Shown piece by piece: positions 25,185 through 32,000 of a stretch of 32,000 nucleotides of DNA. Positions within the stretch are counted from its first letter, which is position 1. Each line of letters opens with the position of its first letter. The translations under genes were made by a program, and so were the position numbers. The DNA is taken from NCBI RefSeq assembly GCF_042660085.1, contig NZ_JBHSTI010000008.1:270001-302000 (forward strand), in the 5' to 3' direction. Origin of the DNA: Longivirga aurantiaca (GTDB lineage Bacteria; Actinomycetota; Actinomycetes; S36-B12; CAIYMF01). The notes beneath the pieces were generated by a model. That model was given only the letters and a program-made list of their open reading frames with translations, was not told the origin of the DNA and searched no databases.

Positions 25185-25599
25185 GTCGGCCCCCACCTCG
25201 GCCGCAGCACTCGCGGCGGTGGCCGCCGAGTTCGCCGAGAGGCTCGATCTGCTCGAGGAGAGCGGGCAGGTGACCAACCTCGCCCGCCGTCTCACCGAGC
25301 TGTGCCTCGCAGAGCTGGCGACCGACCTCGGTCTCACGCTGACCGAGGACAACGCCGCCCAGTTCGTCACCCATCTCGCCATCGCCCTCACCCGCATCAA
25401 CCGGGGCGACCCCGAGATCGCGTCGTCGGTCGTGGCGGCGGAGGAGATCGCGGACCGAACGCGCGAGCACGATGCGGTGATGCGCGTCATGCACGACGCC
25501 TCGCGCCTGCTCCAGCGCGAGGTCCCCGAGTCGGAGATCACCTTCATGACGGTCCACCTCTGCGGCTTGGTCGACGAGAAGGCAGCGTCCGGAGCGTGA
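25177..25599 (+). CDS. stand-alone PRD-domain-like protein (YhfY-like)
   Basis: AAQFVTHLAIALTRINRG and ESEITFMTVHLCGLVD resemble the two conserved-His segments of PRDs; no DNA-binding domain (141 aa). Confidence 0.68.
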   Translation: MTESAPTSAAALAAVAAEFAERLDLLEESGQVTNLARRLTELCLAELATDLGLTLTEDNAAQFVTHLAIALTRINRGDPEIASSVVAAEEIADRTREHDAVMRVMHDASRLLQREVPESEITFMTVHLCGLVDEKAASGA

Positions 25600-26801
25600 T
25601 GAGGCGCGCGGTCATCGTGGTCATCGACGGCTTCGGCATCGGGGCGACGCCGGACGCCGGCCCAGCCGACCTCGGGATGAACACGCTGGCGCACGTCGCT
25701 GACGCCGTCGACCTCCGGCTGCCGGTGCTCGCGTCGCTGGGCCTCGGACGTCTCGTGCCCGACGCGGTCGAGCCGGTGCAGGAACCGCGTGCGGCATACG
25801 GCCGGCTCACGCCTGTGCACATCGGCGCGGACACGTACATGGGCCATCAGGAGCTCATGGGCGGTGGCCTCTCACGGGTCGAGTTCCGGCTCATGGAGGA
25901 GCTCGGCGACGACGTCGCCGCGGCCCTCCGGTCCGCAGGGCACACGGTGGAACCCCTCGTCGTCGGGCAGTCGATGCTGCTGGTGGACGGTGCCGTGGTG
26001 GTGCACGACAACATCGAGGCACGTGCGCGGCTCAACGTGAACGTGACCGCGTCACTCGACGACATCGACTTCGACGCCCTTACCGAGATCGGGTTGATCG
26101 TGCGGCGCGCGATCAACGTCTCGCGGGTGATCGTCGTCGGGAGCCGCGGATACGACGTCGACAGCATCCGCTCCCACATCGTCCATCGCGGCGACGGGCA
26201 CATCGGCGTCGACACCCCGAGCCTCGGCGTCTACAACGAGCACTACCAGGTGCGGCACCTCGGACTCGACCTGCCGATCGAGCGTCAGCTCCCGATGCGG
26301 GTCAAGGACCAGGGCGGCGATGTCGTCCTGCTCGGCAAGGCCGCCGATGTGGTGAGGTGCGAGGGGGCGACCCTGGAGAACATCGTGCCGACGGACGGGG
26401 TGTTCGATGCCGCTGTGCGGCATCTCGACGGGTTGAGCCGCGGCCTGATCGTCGCGAACGTGCAGGAGTCCGACTTGGCGGGGCACGAGCAGGATGCCGC
26501 GCGCTACGCCCGCGTCCTGGCAACCGTCGACGCCAGGCTGCAGGAGCTGCTCGACCGTCTCGGACCCGACGACCTTCTCGTGATCACCGCCGATCACGGC
26601 AACGACCCGACCTCGGGCAGCAGCAGGCACACCCGCGAGTACGTACCGGTCCTCGTCCTCGGCCAGCAGCTACGCCCGGTCGATCTCGGGATCCGGTCGT
26701 CCCTGGCTGACGTGGGGGCCACCGTCGCGGAGCTCCTCGGCACCGAGCCACTCGATTCAGGCACGTCCTTCGCCCGGGAGATCCTGTGTTCATCGATGTG
26801 A
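25599..26801 (+). CDS. yhfW: phosphopentomutase/alkaline-phosphatase superfamily protein (YhfW-like)
   Basis: VIVVIDGFGIGATPDAG, GADTYMGHQELMG, VTADHGNDPTSGSSRHTREYVPVLV. Confidence 0.87.
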   Translation: MRRAVIVVIDGFGIGATPDAGPADLGMNTLAHVADAVDLRLPVLASLGLGRLVPDAVEPVQEPRAAYGRLTPVHIGADTYMGHQELMGGGLSRVEFRLMEELGDDVAAALRSAGHTVEPLVVGQSMLLVDGAVVVHDNIEARARLNVNVTASLDDIDFDALTEIGLIVRRAINVSRVIVVGSRGYDVDSIRSHIVHRGDGHIGVDTPSLGVYNEHYQVRHLGLDLPIERQLPMRVKDQGGDVVLLGKAADVVRCEGATLENIVPTDGVFDAAVRHLDGLSRGLIVANVQESDLAGHEQDAARYARVLATVDARLQELLDRLGPDDLLVITADHGNDPTSGSSRHTREYVPVLVLGQQLRPVDLGIRSSLADVGATVAELLGTEPLDSGTSFAREILCSSM

Positions 26802-27994
26802 CCCTGCGCCGCAATCCCGAGCTCGTGGGCGCCGCCGTCGACCTCCATCAGGCGGGGCGGATCCCGTCGAACTGCTACGTGGTGGATCTGGACGCCGTGT
26901 CGAGGAATGCGGCGCTGGTCGCGCGATCAGCGGCGTCGCACGGACTCACGCCGTACCAGATGACCAAGCAGTTCGGTCGCAACCCGATCGTGGCCCGGGC
27001 CGTGGCAGCGGCGGGTATCGAGAAGGTGGTGGCGGTGGACTTCGAGGAAGCGCGGCTGCTCCACAGCCACGGGCTGCGCATCGGGCATCTGGGGCACCTC
27101 GTGCAGGTCCCGCGAGACGAGGTCGGCCTGGCCCTCGACATGGAGCCGGACTTCATCACGGTCTTCGGCCTGGCCCAGGCTGCCCGGCTGAGCGCGGCGG
27201 CAGTGGAGCGGGGGCTCGTGCAGGACGTCACCCTTCGCGTGGTCGGCCCGGACGACACGTTCTACGCCGCGCAGCGCGGCGGCGTGCCGGTGCACGAGGC
27301 GGTCGAGGTGGCGACCCGGATCCGGGACCTACCCGGCGTCCGTCTGCGCGGAGTCACGAGCTTCCCCGTGGTCCTGTGGGACGAGTCCGTCGGCGCGTTC
27401 GCGCCGACAGCCAACCTCTCCACGCTGGGTGCGGTCTCGCAGGCTCTGCGGGCCGCCGGGATCGACGTGGACGTCCTCAACGCCCCGAGTGCGTGCTGCA
27501 CCGCGACGTTCGGGATGAAGGCCGCAGCCGGTGCGACCCATGTGGAGCCAGGGAGCTGCCTCACCGGCCAGACACCGCTGCACGCGGTGAGCGACGAGCC
27601 CGAGCTCCCGGCCATGATCTACGTCTCGGAGGTGTCGCACACGACTGCCGACGCCGCCTACGCGATCGCCGGCGGCCTCTACCCACGGTGCAAGTCGCGC
27701 ACCGCGCTGGTGTACGACGAGGCCGGTGCCACCCCCCTCGTCGCCCAGGTCGAGCTCGACCCGGCCGAGGCGATCGACTACTACGGCACACTGCGTACGG
27801 ACGATCCGCCATCGGTGCGGGTCGGCAGCACCGTCGTCTACGCCTTCCGGGCGCAGGTCTTCGTGAGCAGGTGCTTCGTCGCGGTGGTGAGCGGCGTACA
27901 GGGGACCCCCACCGTGGAGGGCATCTTCACCAGCACGGGATTCCGGCTCGGCCCTGACCTGCTGCCGCTGTCGAACGGGAGAACCCACCCATGA
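26786..27994 (+). CDS. yhfX: alanine-racemase-fold PLP protein (YhfX-like)
   Basis: CYVVDLDAVSRNAALVARSAASHGLTPYQMTKQFGRNP (candidate PLP Lys), EPGSCLTGQTP; follows the yhfW-like gene as in the E. coli yhf order. Confidence 0.82.
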   Translation: MFIDVTLRRNPELVGAAVDLHQAGRIPSNCYVVDLDAVSRNAALVARSAASHGLTPYQMTKQFGRNPIVARAVAAAGIEKVVAVDFEEARLLHSHGLRIGHLGHLVQVPRDEVGLALDMEPDFITVFGLAQAARLSAAAVERGLVQDVTLRVVGPDDTFYAAQRGGVPVHEAVEVATRIRDLPGVRLRGVTSFPVVLWDESVGAFAPTANLSTLGAVSQALRAAGIDVDVLNAPSACCTATFGMKAAAGATHVEPGSCLTGQTPLHAVSDEPELPAMIYVSEVSHTTADAAYAIAGGLYPRCKSRTALVYDEAGATPLVAQVELDPAEAIDYYGTLRTDDPPSVRVGSTVVYAFRAQVFVSRCFVAVVSGVQGTPTVEGIFTSTGFRLGPDLLPLSNGRTHP

Positions 27995-28266
27995 CCGCCA
28001 TCCGTACCGCCGTCGTCGCCGATCCCCTGGGGCTCCACGCTCGTCCCGCAGCGGAGCTCGTGGCACAGGCCCGGGCCTACGAGTCCGACCTCGTCCTCGC
28101 GTCCGGCGAGAAGACGGGGAACTGCAAGAGCCTGCTGGCGGTGCTGAAACTGGGCATCGTGGGCGGCACCGAGGTGACGGTGACGGCAACGGGTCCCGAC
28201 GAAGCCGTCGCGGTCGAGGTGCTCGCCTCGTTCCTCGAGCTGGTCCACGGAGAAGGCACATCGTGA
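27991..28266 (+). CDS. ptsH: HPr-family phosphocarrier protein
   Basis: DPLGLHARPAAELV with catalytic His; GNCKSLLAVLKLGI around the regulatory Ser position; 91 aa. Confidence 0.92.
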   Translation: MTAIRTAVVADPLGLHARPAAELVAQARAYESDLVLASGEKTGNCKSLLAVLKLGIVGGTEVTVTATGPDEAVAVEVLASFLELVHGEGTS

Positions 28267-29948
28267 TCGTCACCGGCATCCCCGTCTCGGGAGGGATCGC
28301 TGTCGGCCGTCTCGTGGTGGTGGGCGCGCTGATGCCGACCGACGTCGACTCCGTCTCGGTCTCAGAGTCCGGAGGAAGTGCCGAAGAGCGGATGACCCGG
28401 CTCGTTGCCGCCGTCGCCGCCAGCCGCCAGGAGATCTCGTCGATCGCGGCCCAGACGCGGCAGCGCATCGGGAGCGACCCGGCTGCGATCATCGAGGCCC
28501 AGCTGCTCGTGCTCGACGACCCCGAGTGGTGGGAGCCGATTCGTGACGAGGTGCTCGGCGGGGCGGAGCCGACGACCGCGGTGCGGTCGGTGACCGAGGC
28601 CGTGGCCGAGGCCCTCGCCTCGCTCGACGATCCCTACCTTCGCGAGCGGTCGGCCGACGTGCTCGACGTCGGCCAGCGCGTTGCGGGCCATCTCGTAGGC
28701 AGGTCCCGCACCCACGCGCTGCACGGTCAGACCGGCGATGTCGTGGTCGCAGCCCACGAGCTCACTCCGACCGACACCCTCGACCTCGACCTCGACGTCG
28801 TCCGCGGCATCGTGACCGAGGCCGGGGCCCGCACCTCGCACGCCGCCATCCTGGCGCGCCAGCTGGGGATCCCCGCTGTGGTCGGAGCCGTCGGGGTGCT
28901 GGAGGCCGCTGCTCCCGGTGTGGTCGTGGTGCTCGACGGCGATGCAGGCACGTGCGAGATCGATCCGGAGCCGCACGCCCTCGACCTGGCACGGGCCAGG
29001 TCCCTGGGGCGTGCGACGCCGTCCGTCATCACCCAGTCGGTGACGACCCGGGACGGCGTGCAGGTGCACGTGCTCGCGAACGCCTCCAGCGTCTCCGACG
29101 TCGAGCGGGCCGTGGCCGAGGGTGCGGACGGGATCGGGCTGTACCGGACCGAGTTCCTGTTCATGCGGTCGGACGGGCTGCCGGACGAGGCGACCCAGGC
29201 TGAGCACTACGCGGCGGTGGCCGAGGCTGCCGGTGGGCGTCCGGTGACCTTCCGGACCCTCGACGTCGGCGGCGACAAGCCGGTTCCCGGGCTCAAGATG
29301 GACCCCGAGGAGAACCCGTTCCTCGGAGTTCGCGGCATTCGCCTGACCCTGGCGAACCGTCCGGTGTTCGACGCGCAGCTGCGCGCGCTCGCGCGGACCT
29401 CCGATGCTTTCCCGGGCGTGTCGGTGATGGTTCCGATGGTCTCGGGGCTCGAGGAGCTCGACGACGTGCGCCGCGTCCTGCAGGACGTGGCGCCTCGGGT
29501 CGCGTTCCGCCTCGGCGCCATGGTCGAGGTGCCGAGTGCCGCGCTGCTGGTCGATGCCCTGGCGCGGGAGGTCGACTTCCTCTCGGTCGGTACCAACGAC
29601 CTCACCGCCTACCTGCTGGCGGCGGACCGCGGCAATCGCCACCTGCACGGGCTGTACTCGGAGTTCCATCCGGCCGTCCTTCGCGCGCTGCATCTCATCC
29701 GCGACGGCGCGAAGGAGACTCCCGTCAGCGTCTGCGGCGAGCTCGCAGGTGACCCGCGGGCTACGGGCCTGCTCATCGGCCTGGGGTATCGGCAGCTGTC
29801 CGTGTCAGGGCCGCTCGTGCCGGCTGTGAAGGAGCGGATCCGCACGATCGACACGGCGGCCGCCGAACGGGCGGCCGAGGAGCTGCTGAGAGCGCGCCGC
29901 CATCGCGATGTCGACGCGATCCTGGAGTCGCGCCCGTTCGAGGCTTGA
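28263..29948 (+). CDS. ptsI: PTS Enzyme I (phosphoenolpyruvate-protein phosphotransferase)
   Basis: TEAGARTSHAAILARQLGIPAVVG active-site His region, LYRTEFLFM, VGGDKP, FLSVGTNDLTAYLLAADRGN, VSVCGELAGDP. Confidence 0.96.
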   Translation: MIVTGIPVSGGIAVGRLVVVGALMPTDVDSVSVSESGGSAEERMTRLVAAVAASRQEISSIAAQTRQRIGSDPAAIIEAQLLVLDDPEWWEPIRDEVLGGAEPTTAVRSVTEAVAEALASLDDPYLRERSADVLDVGQRVAGHLVGRSRTHALHGQTGDVVVAAHELTPTDTLDLDLDVVRGIVTEAGARTSHAAILARQLGIPAVVGAVGVLEAAAPGVVVVLDGDAGTCEIDPEPHALDLARARSLGRATPSVITQSVTTRDGVQVHVLANASSVSDVERAVAEGADGIGLYRTEFLFMRSDGLPDEATQAEHYAAVAEAAGGRPVTFRTLDVGGDKPVPGLKMDPEENPFLGVRGIRLTLANRPVFDAQLRALARTSDAFPGVSVMVPMVSGLEELDDVRRVLQDVAPRVAFRLGAMVEVPSAALLVDALAREVDFLSVGTNDLTAYLLAADRGNRHLHGLYSEFHPAVLRALHLIRDGAKETPVSVCGELAGDPRATGLLIGLGYRQLSVSGPLVPAVKERIRTIDTAAAERAAEELLRARRHRDVDAILESRPFEA

Positions 29949-29974
29949 GCGCGCCGAGGACGGCGGCGCCGCCC

Positions 29975-30643
29975 TCAGCCTGGCGGCCGAGGGCGGACGT
30001 CCAGGTTGGCCAGCGAGCCCGTCCGAAGGACGCCCGAGGGGAACGTCTGGCTCAGCGTCCACTCGCTGGGTATCACCACGGTTGTCAGGCCCGCCGCGAC
30101 CGAGGCCTGCGCACCGGTGGCGGAGTCCTCCACCCCGACGGCGGCGCTCGGGCTCACGCCCAGACGGCGAAGTGCGGTGAGGTAGACGTCCGGCGCGGGC
30201 TTGGGGGCCGGACCGGCCGGACCTCCCCGCCCGACGACAGCACCGACGGCTGGCAGCAGGCCGAGCGCCTCGACGGCACGGGTGACCACCGAGAGATGAC
30301 TGGACGACGCGACCCCGACGGCGATGCCCCGGGCGGCCGCCCGGCGCACGAAGTCGACGGCGCCAGGCATGGGCGTGGGATCCGCGTAGAACCGAGCCAG
30401 CCCGTCCTCGCGGCGGCGCAGTAGGTCTGTGACGGCCACGGCCATGCCGTAGTGGGCGACGAGTGCAGCGTAGAGACGGCTCGCGGGGCGGCCGACGTGC
30501 AGGGCGAACAGCTCACGGTCGAGGTGCGCCCCCTCGTCGGCAAGAATCCCTCGGGCGACGTCGAACGCAGCAGTCTCGCTGTCGACGAGGAGGCCGTCGA
30601 GGTCGAGCACGACTGCGTCCGCCTCCAGCCCGAGCGTCGTCAT
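29975..30643 (-). CDS. HAD-superfamily phosphatase (beta-phosphoglucomutase/DOG phosphatase-like)
   Basis: AVVLDLDGLLVDSE, GVASSSHLSVV, KPAPDVYLTA, VGVEDSATG. Confidence 0.92.
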   Translation of the reverse strand: MTTLGLEADAVVLDLDGLLVDSETAAFDVARGILADEGAHLDRELFALHVGRPASRLYAALVAHYGMAVAVTDLLRRREDGLARFYADPTPMPGAVDFVRRAAARGIAVGVASSSHLSVVTRAVEALGLLPAVGAVVGRGGPAGPAPKPAPDVYLTALRRLGVSPSAAVGVEDSATGAQASVAAGLTTVVIPSEWTLSQTFPSGVLRTGSLANLDVRPRPPG

Positions 30644-31584
30644 CAGCCAGCGACGTCGTAGAGCATCGGCTGCTTCGCCAGGCCGCGCATCAGCTCCTCG
30701 ACCGCCAGGACCCCGGCGCGCACGATGGCATCGACCGTTGCTGCCCCGCAGTGCGGGGTGAGGACCACGTTGGGCACGCCGCGCAGCAGGCTGTCATCGG
30801 GCAGTGGCTCCTGCTCGAAGCTGTCCAGGGCCGCCGCGGCCAGCGGCCCCTGCACGAGTGCCTGCGCGAGGGCGGCCTCGTCCACGATGCCGCCGCGGGC
30901 CGAGTTGACGAGCAGGCTGCCAGGTCGCATGGCGGCCAGGAAGGCCGCATCCACGAGGTGGTGGGTCTCGGGGGTGTACGGCGCGTGGATGGAGATGACA
31001 TCCGATCGTGCGAGCAGCTCGTCCAGACCGACCAGCGGGATGTCGCCGGCATCGGCCAGCGGGTCATGGCCGATCACCGTCATGCCGAAGGCGCGAGCGC
31101 GAACAGCCACGTCGCGTCCGATGCGTCCGGTGCCGACGAGCCCGAGGGTGCGCCCGGCGAGCTCGATGCCGCTCGGCCGGGACCAGGAGCCCGCGCGGAT
31201 CGCGCGGTCCATCGTCGTGATCGACCGCGCAGCCGTGAGCATCAGCCCCAGGGTGAGTTCGGCGACGGACGTGGTGGTGGCACCCACGGTGCGCGACACG
31301 CGGATCCCCAGCTCGTCGGCGACCGCGAGATCGACGTTGTCCGTCCCGATGCCGAACCGCACGATCGTCGTGAGGTGCGTCGCCTGCCGGAGCACGGGCT
31401 CGGACGCGTCGTCCACTCCGAGGATCACCCCCGTGCAGCCCACGAGGAGCTCGGACAGCTCGTCCGCGGTAAGGGGGCGCTGCTGGGTGGCGTAGCGGAC
31501 TTCCATGCCGCTCGACGCGAGCAGGTCCCGGTGCGGACCCGGCGTCTCGCGGAAGCCGCGAGGGGTGACGGCGACCGTGGTCAC
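30643..31584 (-). CDS. D-2-hydroxyacid dehydrogenase (phosphoglycerate dehydrogenase-like)
   Basis: LGLVGTGRIGRDVAVRARAFGM, RFGIGTDNVD, LLVNSARGGIVDEAAL, LTPHCGAAT. Confidence 0.93.
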   Translation of the reverse strand: MTTVAVTPRGFRETPGPHRDLLASSGMEVRYATQQRPLTADELSELLVGCTGVILGVDDASEPVLRQATHLTTIVRFGIGTDNVDLAVADELGIRVSRTVGATTTSVAELTLGLMLTAARSITTMDRAIRAGSWSRPSGIELAGRTLGLVGTGRIGRDVAVRARAFGMTVIGHDPLADAGDIPLVGLDELLARSDVISIHAPYTPETHHLVDAAFLAAMRPGSLLVNSARGGIVDEAALAQALVQGPLAAAALDSFEQEPLPDDSLLRGVPNVVLTPHCGAATVDAIVRAGVLAVEELMRGLAKQPMLYDVAG

Positions 31585-31994
31585 GAGGCCACGTATCGCG
31601 GATTGGGCCGGACCTCGGGGCCCTCCTCCCCTTCGACGACGATCACCGGGAACCCGCGCTCGGCGATCGTCGCGTAGTCGTACCCGGCATCGCCGATGTA
31701 GACGGCGTAGAAGACAAGGGGCGTGGTCCCGGTGTTCACCGAGCGATGCGCCCAGTGGCCGGGCACGTAGTTGGCGATGCCTGGGCGCATCTCCTTCGTG
31801 ACGGTCCTGCCGTCCTCGAGGGCCATGACGAGCAGCCCCTCTCCCGACAACGTCAGGTAGATCTCGGCGCGATCCCGGATGGCGTGGAAGTGCCCCTTCG
31901 TGAAGAAGTACTCGTCGCCGACCTTGCCCGGCGCCAGGACCGTGGTCGACGAGAGCAGGTTGTTCCCCGTCGGGGGCACGCGGACCTCGTGCAC
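31581..31994 (-). CDS. cupin-type glucose-6-phosphate isomerase-like protein (may extend beyond the right edge)
   Basis: TTVLAPGKVGDEYFFTKGHFHAIRDRAEIYLTLSGEGLLVM...PGIANYVPGHWAHRSVNTG matches the cupin-type GPI metal-binding pattern. The predicted start lies 6 nt from the window edge. Confidence 0.82.
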   Translation of the reverse strand: MHEVRVPPTGNNLLSSTTVLAPGKVGDEYFFTKGHFHAIRDRAEIYLTLSGEGLLVMALEDGRTVTKEMRPGIANYVPGHWAHRSVNTGTTPLVFYAVYIGDAGYDYATIAERGFPVIVVEGEEGPEVRPNPRYVAS

Positions 31995-32000
31995 GGTATA

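Noticed and set aside
25177-25599. Reading the small protein as a toxin/antitoxin or phage-defence component
   Set aside because: Operon context and two His-containing PRD-like segments argue for a PTS-related role; no nuclease, TIR or similar motifs.
28362-29693. 443-aa minus-strand ORF opposite ptsI
   Set aside because: Antisense shadow of a well-conserved EI gene; composition not protein-like.

Overview
High-GC, actinobacterial-type window carrying a dense catabolic island with about 31 supportable protein genes. I saw no tRNA, rRNA, CRISPR or transposase. Three modules are interleaved. (1) An oxidative sugar/glycoside module: two GMC-family FAD oxidoreductases of 541 aa, each followed by a near-identical ~150 aa small partner, plus etfB-etfA directly upstream of the second GMC, an Ldh2-type dehydrogenase, an enolase-superfamily protein, two KDPG-aldolase-like proteins, a PfkB kinase, an IclR regulator and a lone sugar-type binding lipoprotein. 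(2) A minus-strand CoA-type branch: acyl-CoA synthetase, MaoC-like hydratase, cyclase-family hydrolase, FlK-like thioesterase, aldo/keto reductase and NIPSNAP protein. (3) A module resembling the poorly characterised E. coli yhf locus: YhfT-like membrane protein, PTE-family hydrolase, YhfU/DUF2620-like protein, PRD-like protein, YhfW-like mutase and YhfX-like PLP protein. It is joined to its own HPr and PTS Enzyme I, with no recognisable canonical EII in the window. The most noteworthy observations are: (a) the possible non-canonical PTS/yhf system; (b) possible ETF-coupled GMC dehydrogenases; (c) a 517-bp duplication with 2 mismatches, 13.9 kb apart, inside otherwise diverged paralogous operons; (d) two families of AT-richer dyad motifs at divergent promoters that would tie the modules together as GntR and IclR regulons. 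All assignments come from reading motifs and recalled family features; no database search was run.
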